Shown piece after piece: positions 9,856-18,860 of a stretch of 32,863 bases of DNA. The notes under the pieces are model-generated. The model was not told the origin of the DNA and did not search any database. It saw only the letters and a program-made list of their open reading frames with translations. The first letter of the stretch is position 1. Each line of letters begins with the position of its first letter. The translations under genes and the position numbers were made by a program. This stretch comes from a virus (taxonomy: Duplodnaviria > Heunggongvirae > Uroviricota > Caudoviricetes), in IMG/VR virus record IMGVR_UViG_2700989508_000029; one strand, given 5' to 3'.

Positions 9856-9916
9856 AAGTAGATAAAGTAAGTAAGATAAGTAAGTAAGATAACTAAGATA
9901 GATAAGATTAATAAGA
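9856..9916. repeat. AAGTAAG / AGATAA short tandem repeat array
   Basis: Seen in sequence: gtagataaagtaagtaagataagtaagtaagataactaagatagataagattaataagat. Confidence 0.7.
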
Positions 9917-9961
9917 TCAGAATTCTCTTTCGGTGTCGCCTCTGGCTTTTCCACCGAAAAC

Positions 9962-10117
9962 AATTACACGACTACAGAATGTAGGAAGTGAAATTGTATT
10001 GAGGCTTAGTGAAATTACACGAGGAAAGCAGAGTGTAATTGAGCTTTAGCCGCTCTCTTCGAGTAATTACACAACTACAGAGAATAACGAGAGTTATTAA
10101 ATGTAGGAAGTGGAATT
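9962..10117. repeat. two copies of aattacac(g/a)actacaga...atgtaggaagtg(a/g)aatt, plus further TTACAC/GTGTAA half-sites
   Basis: Copy 1 at 9962..9993; copy 2 at 10066..10117 with an ~18-bp insertion; palindromic ttacacgaggaaagcagagtgtaa in between. Confidence 0.65.
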
Positions 10118-10340
10118 AAGAGGTAGAGAGTTACACATAAGCAATCAGTATGATTGGTTAGGTGATTACTCTTCTGCGCACAGCGCAATAGTATTTCTTC
10201 GTGGGCGTTACCGCCACGATAGTTACACGAAGAAAGTAACGCTTTGCTTTCGGTGTGAGCGGAACGGGCCAGCCACGAAGCCCGAAAGGTAGCGGAGTAA
10301 GGCTGCTTGCCAGAGAGTGAAGCTAACGCCGGAAGGCAAA

Positions 10341-10502
10341 AGATCATATATATATAGTATAAAGAATATTATTATGATCTAATTAATAATCTAATATAGT
10401 TTTATTAATAGTCTTATTGTAGTTCACAGTGACCTACCCCCTAGCTCACTATGACCTACCCCCTAGGTCACAGTGACCTATATAGTATAAAGAATATTAT
10501 TT
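10341..10502. repeat. 23-bp direct repeat tatatagtataaagaatattatt (10341..10363 and ~10479..10501) flanking a block of tgacctaccccctag repeats
   Basis: Seen in sequence; the inner block (10425..10479) holds two direct tgacctaccccctag copies plus an inverted gtcacagtgacc; a third related copy lies at 10703..10738. Confidence 0.7.
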
Positions 10503-10526
10503 ATATTATTTAATTATAGTATTGGT

Positions 10527-10626
10527 GGAACTCATTTCCTAGGTAGGTAGGAACTCATTTCCTAAGTAGGTAGGAAACCACTTCCTAGGTTACTTCCTAA
10601 ATAGATCGGAAATCATTTCCTAGGTG
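10527..10626. repeat. iteron-like array of (c)atttcctagg units (about 5 copies, ~22-bp period)
   Basis: ggaactcatttcctaggtaggtaggaactcatttcctaagtaggtaggaaaccacttcctaggttacttcctaaatagatcggaaatcatttcctagg. Confidence 0.7.
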
Positions 10627-10641
10627 TTATTTATTCTTATC

Positions 10642-10699
10642 GGGTATCAGTTTTGATAGGGGTATCAGACTTGATAGGGGTAACAGAATTCTGTGGGGG
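10642..10699. repeat. three ~19-bp direct repeats ggtatcag(nn)ttgatagg
   Basis: gggtatcagttttgataggggtatcagacttgataggggtaacagaattctgtggggg. Confidence 0.7.
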
Positions 10700-10739
10700 T
10701 AGTTCACTATGACCTACCCCTAGCTCACTGTGAGCTACC

Positions 10740-11680
10740 GTTACATTCAATCATCTTCCGATGTGTAATATCGTTACATTCAATAATTAGTCTATGTAAC
10801 ATATCGTTACTACCAACTTTCTTACAAAGAGCATTTCAGATAGCTGAATGTAACCTCTCGTTACATCCATTTGTCACATAGCACTCTGTGTAATGCCTTT
10901 CTATGTGTGTGCCATAATCCCCCCTATATTCCCTGTGTAAATCATAGAATATCCCTAACTTATTCCTGTGTAATTCCATACTAAAAATTCAATGAAAAAA
11001 GTAGCTTAAAAGTTCAATTCTTACTTTCTTCACTTTTACATCACTTTCGCAAATCCTTGTGTAATGCGGCTTACAGAGCACCATCAGAAATTGTTGGCTA
11101 AAAATTGTTCTGCTTGTTTCTTAATGAGTTTTCTTGTTTGTGCAAATTTTAAAATTTATTTTGTTTTTACAGCCTTATTTCGTGTAATGCGTGGCATAGC
11201 AAGCCCTTTTCTTGTGTTGTCAAGACATTTGGCAACGTTCAAACATCTGTTTAGAAATGCCAAATTGTTGATCTAACAAATAAACCTGTATAAACAGAAC
11301 ACCATTTAATCTATTCCCCTGTGTAATCCACTACATCACACGATAAAAACAAAAAACTTTTAATTATATTTCATAGCACACAAAAGTCAACAGAAGCCCT
11401 CTCGTGCTCCTACGTAAAAAATCCATCACTTTTCCCCTGATACATCAACTCAAGGCGTTCTATGTGTTCCTTAGTGCATATTACGATTATTATGTTAAAT
11501 GGATTTTGGCCTATATTTTGACCTGCACCCGCATAAACACTGGTTTCATCGCTTACAGCCCTTGTGAGACGTGGTGCTGTTTCTAGCATCTGATCCGACA
11601 TAAAACCGATCATTCTCGTGTTTAGTGAAAGTTTAGTGAGAGACATTACAGAAAGGCTTTCTGTGTAATGATTTAATAGG
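10740..11680. repeat. dispersed tcgttacat (4 copies, 10740..10870) and ctgtgtaat (at least 7 copies) motifs across a region with little coding potential
   Basis: Seen in sequence: accgttacattcaat, atcgttacattcaat, atcgttactacc, ctcgttacatcc; then ctgtgtaatgcc, cctgtgtaaatc, cctgtgtaattcc, cttgtgtaatgcgg, tcgtgtaatgcgtgg, cctgtgtaatcc, ctgtgtaatgatt. Confidence 0.6.
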
Positions 11681-11793
11681 TAAAAACGATGTTGATTACG
11701 CAAGAAAATTCCTTGCTGATATTTGGGGATTCTGGATTTTCCAGATCGGGGGGCGCTGAAAATCGCGTTAAGCACTTCTCGCAATCTAGCCAT
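11410..11793 (-). CDS. questionable ORF (127 aa) inside the repeat tract
   Basis: ATG start but no Shine-Dalgarno; overlaps the ctgtgtaat repeats; unremarkable composition. Listed only because nothing else covers the span. Confidence 0.2.
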   Translation of the reverse strand: MARLREVLNAIFSAPRSGKSRIPKYQQGIFLRNQHRFYLLNHYTESLSVMSLTKLSLNTRMIGFMSDQMLETAPRLTRAVSDETSVYAGAGQNIGQNPFNIIIVICTKEHIERLELMYQGKSDGFFT

Positions 11794-12137
11794 AAGGGAA
11801 GGGATATAGGTATTTAGATGTATTTATAGCTAATTTATAGCTATTTATTTTTTATTTACCTTTATTAAAAATAACCTTATAAATCAATAAGATACATAAT
11901 TATCTGTTTATATTCTAATCAATTAAATCAAGTTTAATACCCTTAAATAACCTGAAAATAGCCTTAAATACCCCAATAATTAATTTTAAGGTTTTCCGTG
12001 TTCTCTTCTGCATTATGAAAATGCAAAATAAGGCACAAAACAAGCTCACATACGCATTAAACACACATCACCTATACATCCCTATGCCAAGCAATGAAAA
12101 CAGCGTTAGAATGCGTCCTGTTGCGTTCTGGAGATTT

Positions 12138-12296
12138 TCAGAAATCCTCTCTAAGCCATTTCAACTCACTAAGGAGTTTTCTTTCTTCGTTCTCTCGTTG
12201 CTTTCGCTCTAGCCAGGCTTTTCCCTCTGGCGTAGACAGGAACTTACGAGCGTGAATCTTGCGGTTATTACGTTTGATAGCTGCAATGTTTTTCAT
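12138..12296 (-). CDS. possible small basic protein (52 aa; MKNIAAIKRNNRKIHARKFLSTPEGKAWLERKQRENEERKLLSELKWLREDF), absent from the ORF track
   Basis: My own translation of the minus strand; GAGG 6 nt upstream of the ATG; K/R-rich. Confidence 0.25.
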   Translation of the reverse strand: MKNIAAIKRNNRKIHARKFLSTPEGKAWLERKQRENEERKLLSELKWLREDF

Positions 12297-12900
12297 CGTG
12301 TGCCTCTGTATTCATATGAAAATTAACAAGTTACATACTACACAGGGAGACTACGCATAAAACACAATACAAGTAAAGATACATTTTCAAGACAATAGGA
12401 GCCATAAAGCGCCTTTGATGGTTATACCAAAAAATAAGCGCCGTAGGCGTATCCACTAAAAAGGGCTTTTTCACAAAAGCTATGAAGTCTTAGCAGTTCT
12501 TCTCTTATCAGGCACCCGTTGTACTCCGGTGGACGAAACCGTGCTAGAGCTTGATTCTTTCCCGATCAAGTTAGGTTTTGAAGAGGTGGGCTTTAATCCA
12601 CTATGCACTTAAAACTCTTCCCATCATTTAGCCTGTTTATCCTCTGCAACGTCTCACGACGTGTAGCATCATTGGACACCGCGCCAGGTGTGGAACATCT
12701 TGCTAAGAGTTTTGGTAGAAGGTTTAGAGACGGTGGCACGTCTTCCAGCTTCAAAGGAACTTGTTACGAGGTTGAGCCTGGGAACTACTCGCCCATACGT
12801 GTTACACTACCAAAGCCCATAACAACGTATAGGCGTTTGTAAGTGATAACAGAAGATACAATTTCTTAGAGAAGTTAAGCTAAGTTATTGATTTTCTTAA

Positions 12901-12917
12901 TGGTGCGATAATAGGAA
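12901..12917. repeat. degenerate third att-like site (tggtgc-gataatagga), putative junction between the two tandem elements
   Basis: Matches 16 of 17 positions of the att core with one deleted C; the left flank (ttgattttcttaa) resembles the flank of the 538 copy; the right flank (atacccccaaaagtacccccaaa, ~12965..12990) resembles the motif between the P4-type int and thrW (acccccataagtaccccca, ~31285..31308). Confidence 0.45.
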
Positions 12918-13257
12918 CAAAACAAACAATAAAAATACATTGATATATAAAGACATTTTCCCATTACATCTTTGTAGATACCCCCAAAAGTACCCCCAAA
13001 CAATTTTCTCTCACCACCATTTGCACATAAAGCAGCCATGTACAACTGGTAGTTGAACAGGCGGGTAGACCGTTCGTTCAGTAAATACCTGATATTTCCG
13101 CCAACGAGAAATTGCGTTGGCTGGCAGAGTGCAAATTTGCACGATAACCTAACCCATTGATTCTTTCGAAAACCCGCAATGCAGGAAGCCGGATAACACC
13201 ATTTTATAGCTCCGATCCCTTCAAAGTGAGGGGTAATTTGCCAAAACAGAGAGAGCA

Positions 13258-13545
13258 TTACTGTCTCTGGCAATCTTTATCGCGATAACGCCTGAAGTAC
13301 CCTCTCGCTTCCTCATCCATACCAAGAGCCGAATGAGTCCGCTTAACTGCCTGTCTTAAATCTCCGAATCTGTCTGTAGTTGCTGGTGGGCGTGCCGCCT
13401 TACGGATACATTCAGAGCGTCTGTTTGCTGCATGTTCACGTTCTTTATCGCCATCTGCCAGCATCATGACTTCTGCCCATCGTGCGGCAGCTCTCCGGTA
13501 TAGCCCTTTTGACTCCAGCTCTTCAGCTTTCCTGTCCTTTATCAT
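13258..13545 (-). CDS. PerC-family transcriptional regulator-like protein (95 aa)
   Basis: N-terminal LESKGLYRRAAARWAEVM resembles the conserved PerC/Pch motif; basic C-terminus. From motif memory. Confidence 0.55.
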   Translation of the reverse strand: MIKDRKAEELESKGLYRRAAARWAEVMMLADGDKEREHAANRRSECIRKAARPPATTDRFGDLRQAVKRTHSALGMDEEARGYFRRYRDKDCQRQ

Positions 13546-13575
13546 TTCTGCCTCTCAGATTATATAGATAAGCAA

Positions 13576-13706
13576 AAAGGTGTTGGTTCAGTTGGTTCAG
13601 TTGGTTCAATTTGTAAAGAGCGTTGTTTTTATTGTGTTTTTTCTAAAATATTGAACCAACATCAACTCATTTTGAACCAACACAGCCCAGCTCTGAACCA
13701 ACAACA
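13576..13706. repeat. iteron module A: three tandem GTTGGTTCA units, an AT-rich spacer, then three inverted TTGAACCAAC units; putative replication-origin-like site
   Basis: Seen in sequence; 13576..13617 is the exact reverse complement of 22113..22154. Confidence 0.7.
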
Positions 13707-13744
13707 CAGCGATAGATTTGCGATTGGTCCGTTATTTTCTGGCT

Positions 13745-13795
13745 GATATTTGAGCGTATAACAGTGTTATACAGTGGTATACTGTATGGATATTA
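13745..13795. promoter_or_regulatory. operator-like palindromes upstream of the RHH regulator gene
   Basis: gtataacagtgttatac (near-perfect palindrome) and ggtatactgtatgg directly upstream of the 13805/13817 start. Confidence 0.35.
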
Positions 13796-13804
13796 CTCAC
13801 TGAT

Positions 13805-14245
13805 ATGGTCTTTGCAATGAGCAAATCTAATCTGATCGCGTTCCGCATCCCATCTGAATTGCAGGATGAGTTTAATCGGTCTGTTCTCGCTTCTGGAGGG
13901 GATAAAACCTCCTGGCTTGTTGATGCGATTCGCATGAAGCTGGGACAGCCGGAAAAGTCTATTGATTCACGAATGCTTGGGCTGGTGGAGCGCATGGAAA
14001 AAGCCGCAGCATCGCTTATTGCCGGAAAGCCGAACATCCCACCAAAGCCATATAACGAAACGGCAGTTATAAAGATCATTGCCGATACCATCCGACAGGG
14101 ATTTGATAATGGGCGTGTGATAGCTGAACGGCTCAATGAAGCAGGCTACCAAACAAAAGCTGGTAAAGCGTGGGATAAAGACATTTACAGCGCGTGGAAG
14201 CGTCAGGATAACAATATTAAAAGAATCAATACGCTGCTTCAGTAA
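13805..14245 (+). CDS. two-domain DNA-binding regulator: N-terminal ribbon-helix-helix (Mnt/Arc-like) plus C-terminal recombinase-type DNA-binding motif
   Basis: SNLIAFRIPSELQDEFNRSVL...WLVDAIRMKL fits RHH; C-terminal IAERLNEAGYQTKAGKAWDKDIY resembles the DNA-binding motif of recombinase-associated domains. Start may be ATG 13805 or 13817. Convergent with the Abi gene. Confidence 0.55.
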   Translation: MVFAMSKSNLIAFRIPSELQDEFNRSVLASGGDKTSWLVDAIRMKLGQPEKSIDSRMLGLVERMEKAAASLIAGKPNIPPKPYNETAVIKIIADTIRQGFDNGRVIAERLNEAGYQTKAGKAWDKDIYSAWKRQDNNIKRINTLLQ

Positions 14246-14274
14246 TTGATCAGTGTATAAATGATATTTATCGC

Positions 14275-15252
14275 TCAATCGCTCCCTTTCCGCCCTTCAG
14301 CTACAGGGTCGTTGTCGGCGATAACAAAACCTAAGTCCTGAGAGAATCTCTCTCGTGGGAATCCTTTAGCAGGTAAACCCATTGAATCATATCCACATCC
14401 GGGAACATTTGGTTTAGAGTCAATAAGGTCTGCAATTTGCCGAAGCCATGTTGATCCCGGACCAAGTCGTTTAACTAAGTACCAGATAATACAGATCGCG
14501 CTAAAAATCCTCTCGCAACTCTCTGGATGGAGATTAAGTCCGTCAAAGTATTCATTATCCGGTACTGGAACTCGGGGATGCTTTCTATTCCATATTCTGG
14601 AATGGTGAGCGCAACGATTCCTTATGAGATTAAGGCACTTCAACCATTTTGCAAATGTCTGCTTATTATCAATGCCAAAACGACGTATAATTTTCCCCTG
14701 CATATGACCATTAAGCATCGCATAATATTTAGACATCTGACCAAAATCCCAGGTCTCCACCGCCACCCAAAATGGAATCTCCTTGCCTTGGCTTCGATGC
14801 CATTCAATACAGTCATCTCTGCTTTCGTCTAATTTTACTTTTTGCTTATACACCCAATGCTCGAAGGCAGATGAGAATTTTGGATTAATGTATTTTGATG
14901 ACATGTAGGCAAGTGGATCATTGCGACCAACCTCATGCGCGATGACTGAACGAACATGAATCTCTATTCTTTCGATAGCATCAATCATCAAAAGACGCAG
15001 TTTTTTGTCAAAAAGATATAGATCGTACGTCTTCTCGAAACTGGTACCAGTAAGAAATCGGTCTGTTCTGTACGAAAGACCTTTATCTGTTGTCGCAATA
15101 ATTCTTGATGGGTACCAAAAACCTGACAATCGATAATATCCAACCTGCGACAGCTTACGTATCGCACGATTTCGATCATTGATAATCATGCCACGTTCAA
15201 GTAGCAATCCTAGCAATTCGTGATAGTCCTTATGAGGCTTTGCGGCAATCAT
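14275..15252 (-). CDS. Abi_2-family (AbiD/AbiF-like) abortive-infection protein
   Basis: N-terminal signature KPHKDYHELLGLLLERGMIINDRNRAIRKLSQVGYYRLSGFWYP matches the Abi_2 family pattern; low GC. ORF track starts at a GTG (15297); I prefer ATG 15252. Confidence 0.7.
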   Translation of the reverse strand: MIAAKPHKDYHELLGLLLERGMIINDRNRAIRKLSQVGYYRLSGFWYPSRIIATTDKGLSYRTDRFLTGTSFEKTYDLYLFDKKLRLLMIDAIERIEIHVRSVIAHEVGRNDPLAYMSSKYINPKFSSAFEHWVYKQKVKLDESRDDCIEWHRSQGKEIPFWVAVETWDFGQMSKYYAMLNGHMQGKIIRRFGIDNKQTFAKWLKCLNLIRNRCAHHSRIWNRKHPRVPVPDNEYFDGLNLHPESCERIFSAICIIWYLVKRLGPGSTWLRQIADLIDSKPNVPGCGYDSMGLPAKGFPRERFSQDLGFVIADNDPVAEGRKGSD

Positions 15253-15885
15253 AGTGGCGAAACAAAAGATAATAAAAGGCCCGACCGTGAAACTCACATG
15301 CCTGAAATCGGCGGCGGAGAAACAGAGGATCGGGCTCGGTTGCCTGTAACTCTATCCGAAGTTATCCACATGTCAATGCACAGTTACTTAGGAAACTAAC
15401 ATAGGTACTATCATCACTCACGAAAAACCACTATATGTGGTTTTTATTCATATCGTTATCCACTACAGGCTGTGTCAATAACTTTTACCTATTAATTGGG
15501 TAATTTCTACATTTTCCTATGCTGGCTAGTTTCTCTACTGAAAAGTTGGCACTCCTTAATCGCTTTTCGGTTAATACTATCGGTCTTCATATTGCCAGCA
15601 GCATACGCCATCCGATAATTTCGATGCTACGCGCGCGTACTTGTCGCAAAATATCAGGCAAAGGCCAGATTCAGAACGTCGTGATAACCACCAGCACAAC
15701 ATGAGATGTCATGTAACACGATTTATCACATCAGATACATGTGATTGGTGTACCCGCATAAAACATCGTCATAGCGCGTCCTGTGCGCATATACGCCGAT
15801 AATCAACACATCACCACCACTCTGTCTCGTGTAGAGAACAGTTTCATGGTATCCCCCGCCATCGTGTGCGTACTGGTCGGACGTA

Positions 15886-15906
15886 GTTGCAAAATTTTTG
15901 CAACTG
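15886..15906. promoter_or_regulatory. near-perfect palindrome agttgcaaaatttttgcaact (operator-like) in the intergenic region upstream of the membrane-protein gene
   Basis: Seen in sequence; nearby gcgcgtactggtc direct repeats (x2) and the palindrome ggatttgaaatcc. Confidence 0.35.
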
Positions 15907-16121
15907 ATACCCCTCGCGCGCGTACTGGTCACGAAATTGGTGTTTTGCTGTGGCAGTGATATCAGAAAAATCTTCCTGTTTCACATAAAGCGGATATGCG
16001 CGTACTGTAACGGCCCCATCAACGGGGATCGGATTTGAAATCCCGACCCAAGCTATGTACCAAATGCCATGTCTTGGATATATGATGATTGCCATTCTAA
16101 ACAACGCTAAAGGGGGTTGGT

Positions 16122-16736
16122 GTGAGCAGAAAAGATACTAAAGAATTGCTAACTATCTGCATGGTGTACTTTTCAATTTATTTTTGTGCATACATGATAG
16201 TCCCAGATGAGTTTGAACATGGCAGTATTATTTATTCCATAACATTCTATTTTTTAGAGCTAACACCAATTTTGGCTATCCTTTTGGCAATACATATTTA
16301 TTTTTCCTTAAAAAAAGAATCGACTAATTGGGAGAAGGTATGGAGAGACAGAGGATTTCTAACATCACCTAAAGATGATGCATATGAGAGTGATTTTTCT
16401 GACTTTATAACAAACTACTACTCCAGCGAACAATTCAAAAATAGACTGTCTGATGTTTGGGAAACAGCAATGTATTCCATAGGGATTATATTATTGATAC
16501 TTACTGGTATTGCTCAATATGTTTTTAACATTGACTTATCATTAAATCCTGAAAATTTAATATCGCCATTGATTTTTGGTGAGATATTGATCTTCTCATT
16601 CGGAATTTTCTTGAGTGTTGTTCTCTGCTCATTATGCAAACTACTGACTAACAGGTATCCAGGTGAAGCAAGGAGAGCAAGAAAGGCAAATCCATATTAT
16701 CTTTTATTTCCTAATGGAGACAGCAGAGATATCTAA
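16122..16736 (+). CDS. small inner-membrane protein (about 4 TM helices), candidate superinfection-exclusion/defence protein
   Basis: Four hydrophobic segments (LLTICMVYFSIYFCAYMIV, ITFYFLELTPILAILLAIHIYF, AMYSIGIILLILTGIAQYVF, LIFGEILIFSFGIFLSVVLCSL); low GC; sits where sieA lies in P22 (directly after gene 16, opposite strand). Function is inference. Confidence 0.6.
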   Translation: MSRKDTKELLTICMVYFSIYFCAYMIVPDEFEHGSIIYSITFYFLELTPILAILLAIHIYFSLKKESTNWEKVWRDRGFLTSPKDDAYESDFSDFITNYYSSEQFKNRLSDVWETAMYSIGIILLILTGIAQYVFNIDLSLNPENLISPLIFGEILIFSFGIFLSVVLCSLCKLLTNRYPGEARRARKANPYYLLFPNGDSRDI

Positions 16737-16754
16737 GCCATCCATGGCTACCAG

Positions 16755-18860
16755 TTATTGAGCTTCTTTTTGTGATGCCTGTGCGACTCTGGTGAGCGAT
16801 TGTGTGACCGTACTGATCGCTCTGTCATATGCTGTGCTACCTTTTGGCGTATTTGCCAAACGTAACAAGGCATTTCGTATAACAGGGCTTTCGTATGCCT
16901 TCGCGGCTCCGCCTACGGCACCAGCAGCAGGAACAACAAACGCAGCCGTTTTTAGCATCCCCGCTAATACTGCTGCGTTTATGATGCCACCACCAACTAA
17001 CAATCCATAAAGCTGCTGACCATTTAAGTTTTGAACGTTCGCTTTTGCCGCGTGTCTTGTATCGTTGAGGTATTTAATAACGCCGTCCAGTTCCTTTCCA
17101 TGTACGCCTTTAAAGAAAGTTGCTGATTGCTTCCTGTTCCGGTGTAACGCATTAATAAACTTCTCAACACTGATATTTCCAGACGGATCAGTCGCCTTAT
17201 CTACAGCATTCTGAACTATGGCTGCTCGTGCGTTTTGCCTACCATTGTCATCCAGAAGCCTGTAAAGCTGAGAACGTTCTGATGGGCTTTGGCTAAAAAC
17301 GAGTTTTGTTACATCCTCAGGCGTGGCCTTGCCGCTGGCTATTGCCTTTTGAACGCGCGTTCTTCCCATCATGTCATTGAATTTAGACCATGAGCGATCA
17401 ACCCTTGCCATATTAATGGCTTCGTCTGCTCCAAGATTTTTGGCTACGGCTTTTTTCATATCCGCCGTATATGCCTTGTAGATAATATCGCTGGCTTTCT
17501 GGAGCGTATCTTTATCAACAGTGTCAGATGACGCCATAAACCGCTTTCGAAGATCGGTTCTGTTTTCCCTCGCCAGACGCAGGTCATTTGGTCCGCTGGT
17601 GATATCGTCTTTAAATTGCTGCAAGACTTTTACCGCGGCTCTATCCTGAGATTTACCCGGGCGGCTTAACACAGCAATCTGATTGTCGATAGCTTTTACC
17701 GTGTTTGAGAGATCGACAGGGGTATCCCCCATAGCGTCAATTATGCGGTTATATCGCTTTCCTGCTGCCTCAATGAATTTTTGTTGCCCTTTAGTCGCAG
17801 ATTCATAAAGCTGTTTATCAGAAATGCCACCCAGACCATCGCTAAATGTTCTGACTAAATTTTCTCGTGCTTGTTGTTGATTCAGCCGATTCTTACCGGT
17901 TCCAAAAAAAGGAACTCTTTCGCCTAATGTCTGAGCCTGACTCTGCATAAAGGTTTTATCTTTCAGCATGTCACTGGTCATTAACGGCAGATTTCTTTCC
18001 GATGCAAAGTCGACAGCAGCCTTTGCTTCAGGCGACATATCACCACGAACAGCCCTCGAAACCGCACTCGCTGTATTTTCCAGCCCCTTACCAATACCAC
18101 CAATGCCAGCAGAAATTACCGTTTGTAACGGATCAATATCTTCTCCACCAGCAAGGCTAGTGGCTCCCTGTAGTGCTAAATCTGTAGCTGCTGATTTTCC
18201 TATGGCACCAAGCACCGTTCCAGCCCTGCCCGCTGGTGTAAACGCCAGCGCATTAGCCAGAAACGATGCCACGTCTTGCGGCGATAAACCCGGCTTGTTC
18301 AGAGCATAATCACCGGATGGCAGGGAAACGATAGTGTTACCCTTCTCATCCTGCCTTAATTTCGCTCCCATGCTCTGAAGAATCTTTTCCTGAGATGCGT
18401 CAGAGCCGAAAAGTTGAGACCATCGAGCTTTTAGAGCATCCATGCTGAGTGAGGTTAACTCTGGGGCAAGGTCGACATTTTGCAGTCTCTCCATCTCTGG
18501 AGTCATTCGGCTTTCGCCTGTTATAGCATCGCGCATCGCAGCCCCAAGACTGGCTCCCTGTTCTGCTGAACGCTCAAGCCCCTCTCTTTGCTGAGTAGCT
18601 AACTTTGCATACCCTGACGCAAGAGAATTATCAGATGATGTATGTTGAATATTTTGAGTTGCTGATTGGGATCGGTCTATTTCATTCGTTGATGGTAGTG
18701 GATAGGCAGCATAAAAAGCCTGCTTAGCCTGCTCTACACTTTCTCCGGCTTGCGGGGCCACGACTTCATTGAAGTATTGCTCCTGAGCCTGCGCTTTTTG
18801 TTCTGGTGCTAACGCCTGATACTGTGGAGAGGCGATAACATCTTTCCATGCTTTAGCCAT
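16755..18860 (-). CDS. phage ejection (DNA-transfer) protein, P22 gp16-like (701 aa)
   Basis: Fourth gene of an operon with TAATG-coupled junctions; sizes and order 153/225/473/701 aa parallel P22 genes 14/7/20/16 (gp7 ~229, gp20 ~471, gp16 ~609 aa); A/Q/G-rich composition. Assignment is inference from architecture. Confidence 0.5.
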   Translation of the reverse strand: MAKAWKDVIASPQYQALAPEQKAQAQEQYFNEVVAPQAGESVEQAKQAFYAAYPLPSTNEIDRSQSATQNIQHTSSDNSLASGYAKLATQQREGLERSAEQGASLGAAMRDAITGESRMTPEMERLQNVDLAPELTSLSMDALKARWSQLFGSDASQEKILQSMGAKLRQDEKGNTIVSLPSGDYALNKPGLSPQDVASFLANALAFTPAGRAGTVLGAIGKSAATDLALQGATSLAGGEDIDPLQTVISAGIGGIGKGLENTASAVSRAVRGDMSPEAKAAVDFASERNLPLMTSDMLKDKTFMQSQAQTLGERVPFFGTGKNRLNQQQARENLVRTFSDGLGGISDKQLYESATKGQQKFIEAAGKRYNRIIDAMGDTPVDLSNTVKAIDNQIAVLSRPGKSQDRAAVKVLQQFKDDITSGPNDLRLARENRTDLRKRFMASSDTVDKDTLQKASDIIYKAYTADMKKAVAKNLGADEAINMARVDRSWSKFNDMMGRTRVQKAIASGKATPEDVTKLVFSQSPSERSQLYRLLDDNGRQNARAAIVQNAVDKATDPSGNISVEKFINALHRNRKQSATFFKGVHGKELDGVIKYLNDTRHAAKANVQNLNGQQLYGLLVGGGIINAAVLAGMLKTAAFVVPAAGAVGGAAKAYESPVIRNALLRLANTPKGSTAYDRAISTVTQSLTRVAQASQKEAQ

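Noticed and set aside
10075-10347. 90-aa and 60-aa ORFs (both strands) in the GC-rich patch of the repeat tract
   Set aside because: They overlap each other on opposite strands, lack ribosome-binding sites and lie inside repeats. The patch is more plausibly structured RNA or DNA.
9839-11700. Possible CRISPR array suggested by the many short direct repeats
   Set aside because: Repeat units are 9-23 bp with irregular or near-zero spacers, they fall into several unrelated families, and no cas genes are present. This is not a repeat-spacer architecture.
12875-13273. 132-aa minus-strand ORF
   Set aside because: It overlaps the att-like site and the arm-type repeat motifs as well as the PerC-like gene start region, and has odd composition. 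More likely non-coding att-arm sequence.
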